A stretch of DNA of 53,786 nucleotides from Hydrurus foetidus (lineage: Eukaryota): positions 1 to 53,786 of the forward strand of contig UYFQ01000114.1 of assembly GCA_900617105.1 (NCBI GenBank), read 5' to 3'. The position numbers and the translations under genes were made by a program. Below the pieces are notes generated by a model. The model saw only the letters and a list, made by a program, of their open reading frames with translations, was not told the DNA's origin and did no database searches. Positions 34,660 through 47,000 of the stretch are shown piece by piece (the stretch's first letter is position 1; the number at the start of each line of letters is the position of its first letter).

Positions 34660-35740
34660 TAGTGTTTTTCAACGATGTCATCAGGGTCAAGTAATCAATT
34701 ACCTAAAGAGAATGTGGAATTGTCTGATGAGGAATCTAACAATGGAGCTCCAACTGAAGTCAACCCACAGAAACGGCCTAAATTCAATCGAGATTCAAAC
34801 ACAGGCTATGGTCCTAAATACACTTTAGCGAATGCAGTCTGGCAAGCAAAGTTATTCGCTGCGGCATATTATGAGCCTTCCAGCACTACAGAGGAAGGAC
34901 AAGGTTTCACTGAAAGCCTATCAAAAATAGTTCTGGCAAAACATGCGTAAATGGGACTACCAATAATGATTCCAGCAGATACTCCAAATAAAAACGAGTT
35001 GCTAAACGGAGACGAGTTGCTATCTCCACTCACCAGCTAAAGTTGAACTACAGGCTGGGCAGTTTTTAGTCTATGAAACTCCTGATCAATTTCTCACACC
35101 TCTAGGAATCAATGAGGTGGCTGTCAAAGGAATGTTATCTAAGCCGGGATTAGAAGAGCTAACACCTCTTTCAACTTATCGAGTAAGGAGTTCTGACTTA
35201 AGTATAACGGATGAATCAGGTAAGCCAATAGTTGGCGAGAAGGCTAAACAGAGTGGACTGTACTGTGTACTTGACCTGAATGGTATATTAAGGCCATGTT
35301 CTGGGAAGAGTGAAGGAGTTAAGAGAATGAGTAAAGTTGGTGGAATGATTAGACTGCTCGGCTGGGAGAGATTTCAAAAATTGGTATTGGATTTGGACTA
35401 TAACTCAAAGCACTTCATGACAAACTGTCAGCGGTACGAGGAAAGCGCTGCAGATTTGCCTGTCACGTCAACATTTAAGACACTGGGCAAACTCAGCCAT
35501 ATCAGTGACTTGCCTGTTTTTACAAACAATATTGGGACTGTGTAATATTGGGGACGTACCCTCAGTACGACAGAACAGTAATCTGTCTGGGTGACTTCAT
35601 CAGAACTGATTCGACAAAAGTTCAGTGGAAGAAAGAGGCGTCCCGACAGGGAAGAATCATCCTCACTGATGCTCTCAGGAATGTCGAGAAGGTCTTCGAA
35701 GTTTTCTACGGTACACCGTATAAAAATTGTTTCGATACAA

Positions 35741-36003
35741 TGTAGCCTTATTGCATCCCTATATGGATACAATGTGTCTAGGTTTACTAGGTACAATAGG
35801 CTCATTACGCCCAGATTCCAGTTTAGGTCTTAGTTCCATATATGACGTGAGTGCTCTTAGCGTACACATCACCTTCATCTATTTAACTGTAAGATATTAA
35901 CACAAGTCTTTATCCCCTCGACTTTGCCTTCGTTTGTCCACGCCTTCCGTCCTCCGCCTACTCCAACTTCGCCTCCCGTCCTAGGCCCCGCCGTCAGACC
36001 ACA
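35741..36003 (+). repeat. 5' LTR of Gypsy C
   Basis: TGTAG...ACCACA; about 3 differences from the 3' LTR by eye. Confidence 0.95.
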
Positions 36004-36108
36004 ATATCGATATTCGGTCATCTACCGAAGTTTCCTCCGAGAAAGTTTTTTCTCTTTTCCAACTTTTACCTTCGACTCTTTCCCAACTTTATCCATCACG
36101 TCAAAGTT

Positions 36109-39100
36109 ATGGCGCTACGCCGCCAAGAAAAGAACATCCTCCATCAACGCCCTTCGGCGAAAGCAGCAACCTCGTGCTGTAGCCGTCGCGTTCCGACAAC
36201 GCTATGACGAGCACCACAATCGTGGTGGAGACGCAGAGTCTCCTGGGCCACCTGCGGCTCAGGACCCCGCCGGCGACCTGTCTGCACCGATTCCTCAGCG
36301 GAATTCGGAGCCTGCGGTCATGTCTGTCGTTGATATTCCTGTCATTTCTGCGTTATCTGCATTGTCATTGCAACCAGCTTCGGCTGCGACACCAGCTATT
36401 GCTGAGAATCCTATTCCAAGGACGATGGCACCACCCCAGCAATATGTGCAGACGGGTGAGAGAGCTCCTAAGTTGAGCGCCGTGCCCTCTCGTCAGGAAG
36501 TACTACGGGTAATGGAGGTCCTCCTTTCAAATGGAACTCCATTTAAACCAGTTGACGTAGTCCATGTTTCCAACCATCAATCGTTTACAACGCTTCTCAA
36601 GCGTAAGTTTGCGACTGATCCCGATCGTCGCGACTCCTGTAACAATTGGAAACATTGGTCGAATCAATTGTTCTGTAGAGAACTCAATCTCACAGTTCCT
36701 ACATCAGCTGTCAATCGAACTGACAAGCTGAGTTTCATTGAAACTGTCTCTCAGGTCGCACTTCAATTCGACCTGAAGGATAAATCAGTGGAAGACAAGA
36801 CAGATCAGCTTTTAGCTGATATTGTTGATGGATTCCCTGATGCAACACCCGCTCTCCAACTTCAGGCAACTAAAATTCTCATCGATAAGTTGCCAGTCGA
36901 ACCTATCAATTGGAGAGCAGTGTTACAGCGTAGTCTTAACAATACAACGCCAAGACTCATTACAATCGAAGACTTTCGATTCGTATGGCTTGCGCAGCTT
37001 GCTAAGCTACGAGAATCAATTGATGCCTTACGGTTCATTGATGTCTCTCCTTTGTATGGTGATAACTCTCGCCAAATCAAAGCTCCTGCTCGTTCCTCTC
37101 AGGACAAAAATATGAAAGACCTCTCTGCACAGGTTGTGGGAGACTTGGCCATTTCGTTGCCACGTGTTTCTACACTACGTCTCCGTACTATAATAGTACT
37201 CAGACACCCTTCATTAACTCTGAGGGTCATAAGCAATTGTTGAAAGTTGATCCACAGGCTAAGTTTATTCCAACTTTACCTAAGACAACCTCTTCTTCAT
37301 CGTCTTCCTCTTCTTCTTCTTCTTCTTCTTCGTCAAAACCTGCTACTTCAACAGCAGACTCGACACACACTGCGAAGAAACACAAAGGTGAGCAACTATG
37401 CAACCTAAATTCATCATCTATTCTTTCCGATGATCCAGAACTTATTCCTTTCTTCATATCTCCCCTCTCACAGGAGGTTATGCTGGAAAAAAGTAATAGA
37501 GTCTTTACTCTCCTGGACACCGGCTCTTTTGCTGGCAACTTTATACATCGCCGCATTATAACTAATCATAATTTCACACAATTCGTTTCTAACTCTTCAA
37601 AGAAATTGTGTAAAGTTTGTAGTGGATTAGATAATCATTGTTATGATATTTCTGACACTATAGACTTAACTCTTTCTTATTTTTGATCCCAGATCAGATA
37701 TCTGCCGATGCTTCATCAAGCACAACCTCATTAGCGGAAGTTTTATCTTCTGAGCAGGTGGATATAACGTGTGGCTGTCAGCCTAAGGAGAATTTGCAAC
37801 CCTCCGACGGCTCCCCAAAGGTCGATCCTTTAACCCAAAAGGTGAAACCGGCAGTCACCCAAACACACGTTATTCTAGCCTCACTAATACAAGAGTCTGA
37901 AAGACTTTTTGAGGCTGTGCCCTCTGATGAAGACGAAATCGACGACTCGATCAAGGACTCGTTTTCACCTTGGATAGATGAATTTCCTGATACTGACCCA
38001 CTCTCGCTAATAAACTTAGCAGGTGATGAAGATCAGAAAAATAAACTTCGGTTACTAGTACACGAATTCAAGGATATATTTAGCAGTGAACTTTCGGCCA
38101 CTCCTGCTGATATTCCACCCTTTGACTTTAATGTCAATGACGACCAATGGAAAGTCACTAAAAATAGACAACCTCCATGGTCTAAATCAACAGTTGATCA
38201 AGCTGACATTCTTAGTCAGATTAACAAACTTGAAAAACATAATATTGTTGAAAAATCAAACGCGGCTTATTATAGCCAAGTTTTATTAGTTCCAAAGTCT
38301 GATGGAACTAAGCGCATGTGTATTGATTTTCGGAATCTCAACAATTGTACCGAAGATAAATCACATCCTATTCCACACATCGGTGAGATGTTGCGTCGAA
38401 TAGGTGCACATAAAGCAAAAGTGTTTGCTGTACTTGACCTCACTCAAGGTTACCATCAAGCACCACTTACACTTGCTGCACGTGCTTATACTGCATTCAT
38501 ACTATTCTGCGGAGTATATCAATTCACTCGTTTACCCTTTGGGCCAAAACAAGCTCCCTCCTATTTCCAACAGATTATGACGACTGTTGTGTTAGCTGGG
38601 CTGATATACTCTATATGCGAAATGTATATCGATGATTGCAATGTTTTCGGTAAAGACATTGATGAACTCATTTCTAGACTTCGTCTTGTTTTTGAACGTT
38701 TTAGAAAACACAAAATATTCCTTAAACCGAATAAGTGTTATCTAGGCTATGCCGAAATAGACTATGTTGGCAAAGTTCTATCTGCTGATGGACTTAGAAT
38801 GTCACAAGAAAAAATACGGACTGTCTTAGATTTTCCTAAACCAGTACTATCTAAACAACTCAAAAGTTTTTTAGGATTGGTTAATTATTTTCACGACTTT
38901 GTTAGAAACGCTTCTACTGTTGTATACCCGTTACATCAGTTGCTTCTTAACTATAATAAGTATAAGAAAATAACTTGGACAATAGAAGCTCTCAGAGCAT
39001 TCAATTTGATCAAATCTGAGATTTCAAAATGCACGACTATGCACTTTTAAGTGACACCGATCCGATATACTTGCACACTGATGCATCGGACTACGGTGTA

Positions 39101-40795
39101 GGTGCCTATCTTTTCCAGTTAGTTGACGGTCAAGAAACGCCCATAGCATTTGTCAGTAAATCACTTAACAAAGCTCAGCTTCGTTGGGCTGTTATACAAA
39201 AAGAAGCATATGCTATCTTTTATTCGTGCACGTATTTAAAATCGCTATTACGTGATCGTACGTTTACATTACGTACAGATCATCGTAACTTGTTATACAT
39301 AAAGGATAATTCAAATCCAATGATTGTTCGGTGGTTTATGGCCTTATCCGAATATTCATTTAAGATTGAATATATACCTGGACCTAACAATGATATAGCT
39401 GATTCGATGTCTCGACTCTGTCGCAATAACATGGTTGATTTCCCTCAGGAATATACTCCTGATGCAATCATGTCTGCTAATACTATTGAAAAATTCAAAC
39501 TAACACGTGATCAGTACAATACAATCAGTAAAGTACACAATTCACAAGTTGGGCATTTTGGCCTTGAGCGCACTCTAAAGCGTCTCACAGACAGAAATGA
39601 AATTTGGCAATATATGCGACAGCATGTCAGGTGGTTCATAGATCACTGTTCGTGTTGTCAGAAGATGAGTATGTTAAAGATACCAATACATGCTCATGGC
39701 TTCTCGACTTCTACTTACACACCTATGGAATGCCTTAACATAGACTTCATAGGACCGTTTCCAGACGGCGGGTACGTACTCGTAATTATCGATACGTTCA
39801 CAAGATGGGTTGAACTGTTTCATACAGAAGATGCTACAGCACTTTCAACAGCTAAATGCCTCTTGCAACATTTCGGTCGTTTCGGCGCACCTCTCCAACT
39901 CCGTTCTGATAATGGGCCACACTTCATTTCCGAAGTTATTAAAGAGTTTCTAACTCTTATTGGCACTCAACATTGTCTTACTTTAGCATATTCTAAAGAA
40001 GAAAATGCTATTGTTGAGCGCATGAATAAAGAAGTTAATAGACATCTTCGTGCATTAACATTCGATAATGTCACATTAGAAGATTATAAAACGTCACTTC
40101 CATTTGTGCAACGAATTTTAAATTCTAATCACAGTGACCGTTTAAAAATATCATCTTCTCAACTTCTTTTCGGAAATGTACTTAAACTCGATAGAGGTAT
40201 CTTTTTACCTCCGGCTGAGCGAAATGTTACTGATGACAAACCTTTGTCAAAACGTATGAGCAATCTACTCAAAACGCAAGACAGTCTTCTTAAAGCTTCT
40301 GCTAAAGAACTTCTTCGCACAGATTTGCTTCATCAAAGTCAGTCTCAAATTTTTCAGCATGTAGAGTATCCAAAAGACTCTTATGTCTTAGTGCACTATC
40401 GCGATGGATCCCCTCCTTCACGTCTTCACACGCATTGGAGAGGTCCATTAAAAGTCGTTAGTGGCGAAAATTCGCGTTACACCCTATATGATCTCGTCAC
40501 TCAGAAAACATCAGAATTTCATGTTTCTGCCATGAAACCTTTTCTATTTGACCCATCAATCACAAATCCGTTAGATGTTGCACGACGAGACCACATGGAA
40601 TACTTTGTTGAAGATATTCTTGATCATCGTGGTAAACATCAACGCACCCACATAGAGTTTTTAGTCAAATGGTTAAATTACTCTTCTGACAAAAACACTT
40701 GGGAACCTTACTCAAATCTTCGTGATGTTGTTAAACTTCATGATTATTTACGTCACAATAACATGACAAATTTAATCAATAAACAACACCGTTGA
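36109..40795 (+). pseudogene. Gypsy C gag-pol, frameshifted
   Basis: CCHC knuckle CTGCGRLGHFVATC (~37125-37166, shifted frame), protease LLDTGS, RT YIDD, RNase H, integrase, chromodomain; breaks near 37110, 37683 and 39045; start ATG approximate. Confidence 0.88.
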
Positions 40796-41005
40796 CTTTT
40801 ATTTACATATATCCTTGAAACTTTATCCATGAGGATTCTCTCCCATTTTTTTTACCTGCAAGGTCTTTTTTGGAGAGTTTAGTCAGTAAAAGTCTGACAT
40901 AATCGTTTCAAGTTTTCATACAATATATATATATACATATACTTTTCTTTCTTTTTTTTTATATCACACATTCGTGTGGATTTTGAAAAAAGGAAGAAGG
41001 GGTAG

Positions 41006-41268
41006 TATAGCCTTATTGCATCCCTATATGGATACAATGTGTCTAGGTTTACTAGGCACAATAGGCTCATTACGCCCAGATTCCAGTTTAGGTCTTAGTT
41101 CCATATATGACGTGAGTGCTCTTAGCGTACACATCACCTTCATCTATTTAACTGTAAGATATTAACACAAGTCTTTATCCCCTCGACTTTGCCTTCGTTT
41201 GTCCACGCCTTCCATCCTCCGCCTACTCCAACTTCGCCTCCCGTCCTAGGCCCCGCCGTCAGACCACA
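41006..41268 (+). repeat. 3' LTR of Gypsy C
   Basis: Starts TATAG (TG mutated to TA) after the polypurine tract; ends ACCACA. Confidence 0.95.
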
Positions 41269-41808
41269 ACAATAATCATCGCACTTGAAGATGAAGCAGA
41301 AATCTTTGACTATTACGATGATTTGTACACCACCATTCAGCTGGAAATCATCATCAGCAAGTTTTACGCCGACATAAAATACGAGCGAGCACCTGTCATC
41401 TTCACAGAAATGTCTATGGAGACTCCAGAAGAGTGTGCCTCGTTACTGGTGCGTCACCTACAATTCGGACTTACACAAGCCCGAAGAATAGCACCGACAG
41501 GGAATTGGGAGAAGCAACTTCACTCGAAATACAAGAAAGTAGTAGTAATTCCTGCGTCAAATCCTAAAGTCAAGAAAGAGACAACTACTACATCAGTGCT
41601 AATCTGCCCATACCATATTGCGGGGCAGTTAGGTATCAAGACCATCTCAGGGTCACTGATAAAGTGTACTGCAGATCGCTGCAAAAACAAGCATGAAAAT
41701 ATCGACGACCTCACGCGTAATGATGTCACAGAGTGCATCAAGACAATGACAGTGAAACGAATTAGGGAACTCTGTATGGCGGAATTGGCGAAACACTACA
41801 AGAAGTAG

Positions 41809-44720
41809 GTCGTATCGCAACTCGGGCTGCGGCCTGTGTTGCCTATTCCGCCTTCAGTAGAATCAACCTCAATACAATCGAAAATCGAAACGACAAAAAG
41901 ACTACCGACTCAAAGAGTGGTATTGACTACTATTGTGATAGATGACTCGGAAAGAGCATCATCACAAGAGTTAAATTCAGCAGTGGCAAATACTCCAACA
42001 CCAAAACGTGTCAGACTCCACTACCCGAATGTCAATACGTCATCACCAAAGGTGATACCTAACCATAACGCAAATTGCGTAGTCCCTTCAACCTCGAATT
42101 TCTACAATCGGCAAATTGCCGATACATTCGCACGGTTGAGTGAAGTCTTCCCGAATGAAGCTACAGAAGAACATCGAAACCAACTTTGGAATATCGCTGA
42201 AACAGCGTATCGTCTAGCTGATGAAATATACTCAATTAAGGAAGCCAACATATGGGCAGACAATTTTGAGATAAGTGACGATATCGTCAACAGCGACGAA
42301 GCACTCTTCCATGCTTCAACGATAGACCTGACAACCATGGTCCGAACGAGAAAAGAAAAACTTTCACCGCAACGATTGAATCAGCAACGTGTAGAGAGCT
42401 TCACACGACTGGACAATCCGGAGCGCGAGAGATTACTTCGATTAGCACAAAAAGGAATGCCACTATTACTTCGCCCCGGATTCAAACCAAACGGATGTGG
42501 AGCACATCTTCCATTGAGGCGAAAATATGTGACAGTGCAAAATGCAGTAAACAAACTACTGTTCGAGAATTTTCACCAAAAGGGGTTAGCTTTTATTCTT
42601 ACAAAAGATACCGCCAAAACAATTCCTGGATTCCATCTAAGCCCTCTGTCGTGGACAGAAAAACAAGGGAAGGTTCAAGGAAGACCCATAGGAGACTGTT
42701 CAGATGGCGGACGGGAGATGGACAACGAGCCACTGAACTCTGATCACACGAAAGCAGCATCCGATGAACTATGGGGTGTCATCCGACATCCGACACTAAA
42801 AGATATTTGTCTTCTCATAACAGATTTCAGCATCGCTGAGAGAGGGACAGACAATGAATTTGACGAGAGAGATCTAGTCATCTTGAAGTTGGATCTACAA
42901 CAAGCCTTCACACTCATTGAGTTCGAGGCTAGTGATGTCAAGTATCTCGGCATGGAAATGAGCAATAACAGAGTGATGTTCTTTCTATGCGGGATCTTTG
43001 GGTGGACGGGTACACCCGCGGCTTTCCAAGTCTTGAATCGAGCTATACTGCACGAACTGCGCTTTAAACTCAGAGGACGAGCATTAATGTACGTAGACGA
43101 CATTATTATCATCAATCGCAGAGAAAACGTCAACTTCGACATCGACTTCACAAACAAAGTGTGTTGCAACTTATTAGGGGATAACGCAATTGAACAAAAG
43201 AAGACCGAATTCGGTCGCAAGATCGTGGCGATTGGTTATGAGTTCGACCTAGACAAAGGTCTCGTGACCCTGTCGCCGAGAAATATTCATCGCACACTGT
43301 ATGCGTTCATGTCCGTCGATTTCGAAGAGAGTATAAAGGTATCCGCAATGCAGAAGTTAGCATCACTTGCATCGCGCTGCTCCAAGATAAACGTGTACAT
43401 GAAGCCCTACGTGATGACTCTCTACAGAGAGTACGCCGGCCGAGGACAACATACATCGTTTGCAATTAGCTCACCAGCTCGACATGTGATCTGGTTTTTT
43501 AGAATCCTCCTTGGGCTAACAGCTATCTGCCCAGAACGTTGTTCACGGTCTCTGATGTCCTTCCGATCTGTAGTTCCTACCTTGATTATCGAATTCGATG
43601 CGTCCTTGCAAGGAATTGGTATTCTCTATTACCTTCTGGGCGCCGAGCATGACACGCTAGCCGGAAGTTGCGCAATAGACATCACGAGTCTAGGTTTTGG
43701 ATCGGAAGCAAGATATCAGAATACAGCGGAATTCTTCGGACCGATACTAGGTATAGAAGGTTTAACAGAACTCGGTTTGACTGCGAAAAGCATCCACTTG
43801 AGGGGCGATTCTATAACAGCATTAACCTGGGCATCGACAGAAAAGTTCAAAGGTGACCTTGTTAGTAACGCAGCGTCAGTCTTCGTACTACAAGGAATCC
43901 TATCCGGCGTATCAGTCGGAAAAGTTCCTCATCTTTCTGCTGAAGAGAACTTGCGTTCTGACTGTATAAAGAGAGTATAAAGGTATCCGCAATGCAGAAG
44001 TTAGCATCACTTGCATCGCGCTGCTCCAAGATAAACGTGTACATGAAGCCCTACGTGATGACTCTCTACAGAGAGTACGCCGGCCGAGGACAACATACAT
44101 CGTTTGCAATTAGCTCACCAGCTCGACATGTGATCTGGTTTTTTAGAATCCTCCTTGGGCTAACAGCTATCTGCCCAGAACGTTGTTCACGGTCTCTGAT
44201 GTCCTTCCGATCTGTAGTTCCTACCTTGATTATCGAATTCGATGCGTCCTTGCAAGGAATTGGTATTCTCTATTACCTTCTGGGCGCCGAGCATGACACG
44301 CTAGCCGGAAGTTGCGCAATAGACATCACGAGTCTAGGTTTTGGATCGGAAGCAAGATATCAGAATACAGCGGAATTCTTCGGACCGATACTAGGTATAG
44401 AAGGTTTAACAGAACTCGGTTTGACTGCGAAAAGCATCCACTTGAGGGGCGATTCTATAACAGCATTAACCTGGGCATCGACAGAAAAGTTCAAAGGTGA
44501 CCTTGTCAGTAACGCAGCGTCAGTCTTCGTACTACAAGGAATCCTATCCGGCGTATCAGTCGGAAAAGTTCCTCATCTTTCTGCTGAAGAGAACTTGCGT
44601 TCTGACTTTCTCTCCCGCGGGGGAACGATAGAACAGCTTCTGATCCAGCTTAGATCCAGCGTTAGCAAAACCAAAACAGCTCGACATAATAAAGCAAAAA
44701 GATATCTTGGCGTTATGTAA
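41809..44720 (+). pseudogene. RT-RNase H pol of element E with an internal tandem duplication
   Basis: LDLQQAF, FGWTGTPAAF, YVDD and FDAS...DFLSR motifs; 43325-43963 repeated at 43969-44607. Confidence 0.9.
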
Positions 44721-44920
44721 CCCAAGAAGAGAAATTCCGCAGTTTCTGAATTGAAATTAGAGAAGTTCTACAGTCGCAGGTCTAACTATCCTCTCACGCA
44801 TTCATCCTTCTCCCCTCCAATATATAAAAACATTCATCCGATGCAGGATAGAACATAGACCACCAACGTGATATCTTTGGTGAAGACGAAGATTCCATCA
44901 TCACAGTCGAGGAAGCAGAT

Positions 44921-45770
44921 ATGCTTAAGCAGTTTCTCTCAAGAAGCGTGACAGTATCCACGGCACAAGGCTATCTTTCAGGAATAAAGAAATGGAAGGA
45001 ATACCTGATATCCCTAGTGAACAATTTCCCGGGTTACTACTTGGAGAATGTAAAAGATGATCATGATAAGGGAAAACGCGTCGTTCTCTACATGGCATAT
45101 CTATATTTGAGCTTCGGCCTCAGAGAGGAGCAAATCAAAAGACTGGTGACAGGCATCGTCTTCTACTTCGATATTGAAGGGATACCGACCGCCTTCTTTG
45201 CACTAGCAATAGTGTCAAGAGACCGAGCAGCTGTCGGCAGGACTATCCCAGAGGCAAGAGTATTCGAAGAGGAAAGAGCGAAACGAGCAATACTTCCAGT
45301 GTGTCTAGACATCGTTATGGCAATGAGAACAAAATACTGGGAAGGAAAGTCATGGGCGGTGCCCAATATCGACAAGCGCGCCATATGGCTTGCCGTAGCA
45401 CTCGGATTCGACTCAGGACCGAGAATAGGAAATGTCACGAAGATGGACGGCAAAAATGGGCCTGATCACTGTATTAGAGCAAAACATTGCCTCTTTACGC
45501 AGTGGATTTAGTTCACACGTCATCGCAAATGGAATGGGGGATGAAGAAATGAAACGGGGGGGAGGATGGACTGCAACATCACAAGTACCTAACAATCACT
45601 ACACACATCAAATGAGGGATCGAGGAGCACTTGCGTTAGCAACGTCAGAGACAGGATGTCAGTCTCTAGGTATGCCAGAGATTAGACGAATGTTGCCTCT
45701 CGTGACGGAGAAAAAGGTGTCCGCTTTAGGAGTGTTGGGGGGAACCGATTCCTCTGGGAAAGGGATGTAG
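44921..45770 (+). pseudogene. Tyrosine recombinase of element E with an internal deletion
   Basis: Aligns to 5543-6805 up to HCIRA, then jumps (~45490) to SLRSG...GGW...NHY in another frame. Confidence 0.88.
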
Positions 45771-46120
45771 CCTGAGTAGAGATGTAGGAGGTGACGGACG
45801 AGTCTACCTGTCTATCTCATACTCTACTCAGGGATCCATACTCACACACACAACATTCCAGATTCGTGCGATACATCAACATCGATACGATACTAATATA
45901 TTACATATCTTAGTCGATCTAACTCGCAGCGATTGACGTCTTCTTCGAGTGTCTGGTCGGAGAGCACTAAACACGATCTTTGATTGGAAGGTCACTGGAG
46001 CGAGTTCATAGTTTGACAACTGTACGATCACGCAGCAGGGATCGAGGACCTTGGCCTTGATCATGCTGCCTCTCGACCTTTTTGCATTGGAAATGAAGAC
46101 CAGTACTCAGTATCAAAATG
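45744..46120 (+). repeat. Split direct repeat B1 (377 bp)
   Basis: Near-identical to 46500-46876. Confidence 0.95.
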
Positions 46121-46186
46121 GTAGAATGCGGGAGTGCACGTACGTGATTCGCGTTTTTCAGGATGTGTACATTCTTCATTTAGAGC

Positions 46187-46366
46187 TTTGCGCTGTCAAC
46201 GGAAGTTTGCATCGGCGCATGAAAGTTTAAAGATGAGGTCTACAGCAATTCGGACGCCTAGGGAGTCAATCTACTACAGATACTGCGTGAGCATCTTCGA
46301 AGGAGTGCCTAGTCTGTCATCGACAGCGAAGCCCTAGCCAGTCCTGTTTGTTTTCTCTATTTTTAC
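46187..46366 (+). repeat. Split direct repeat A2
   Basis: Near-identical to 34480-34659. Confidence 0.95.
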
Positions 46367-46499
46367 CACCCCACCCACCCTTCAAACATGCTAGGTTAAT
46401 TTTTTGTCACAGCCATTCTGAATACTTCGATATGTGTTTAGGTCGTACGTAGTTTTTACGCATCGTTCTGTGTGTTAAGTCCAATAGGTAATGGGGTAC

Positions 46500-46876
46500 A
46501 CCGATTCCTCCGGGAAAGGGATGTAGCCTGAGTAGAGATGTAGGAGGTGACGGACGAGTCTACCTGTCTATCTCATACTCTACTCAGGGATCCATACTCA
46601 CACACACAACATTCCAGATTCGTGCGATACATCAACATCGATACGATACTAATATATTACATATCTTAGTCGATCTAACTCGCAGCGATTGACGTCATCT
46701 TCGAGTGTCTGGTCGGAGAGCACTAAACACGATCTTTGATTGGAAGGTCACTGGAGCGAGTTCATAGTTTGACAACTGTACGATCACGCAGCAGGGATCG
46801 AGGACCTTGGCCTTGATCATGCTGCCTCTCGACCTTTTTGCATTGGAAATGAAGACCAGTACTCAGTATCAAAATG
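46500..46876 (+). repeat. Split direct repeat B2
   Basis: Near-identical to 45744-46120. Confidence 0.95.
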
Positions 46877-46907
46877 CTGCATGTGTGTCTCGCACATGCG
46901 TTATTGT

Positions 46908-47000
46908 TAGGGCTGGTGGCCGTCGCCCCGACGGTCAGTCCGACGGCCGCGGCCATGATCACAGTCTGGCCGTGATTTCACGGCCCGGCCACCAGCCCTA
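46908..47000. mobile_element. 93-bp hAT-type MITE
   Basis: Perfect 15-bp TIR TAGGGCTGGTGGCCG / CGGCCACCAGCCCTA; 8-bp TSD GTTATTGT (46900-46907, 47001-47008). Confidence 0.9.

Larger units (their letters stand above)
35741..41268 (+). mobile_element. Full-length Ty3/Gypsy chromovirus, family C
   Basis: Two 263-bp LTRs, ACAA TSD (35737-35740 / 41269-41272), polypurine tract near 40986-41005, gag-PR-RT-RH-INT-chromo. Confidence 0.97.
34675..41808 (+). pseudogene. gag-like ORF1 of element E (34675-35740 + 41273-41808), split by the Gypsy insertion
   Basis: Removing the Gypsy and one TSD restores KNCFDT-IIIALEDEAEIFDYYDDLY; C-terminal CPYH...C-x4-C-x3-H finger; additional stops in the 5' part. 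Confidence 0.85.
34480..46876 (+). mobile_element. Tyrosine-recombinase retrotransposon (Ngaro-like, split direct repeats), element E, interrupted by a Gypsy
   Basis: A1 34480-34659, gag-RT/RNaseH-YR, B1 45744-46120, A2 46187-46366, B2 46500-46876. Confidence 0.92.

Noticed and set aside
45770..45835. Possible hammerhead ribozyme in repeat B (CGGACGAG inside an 11-bp stem)
   Set aside because: The core deviates from CUGANGA and there is no GAAA.
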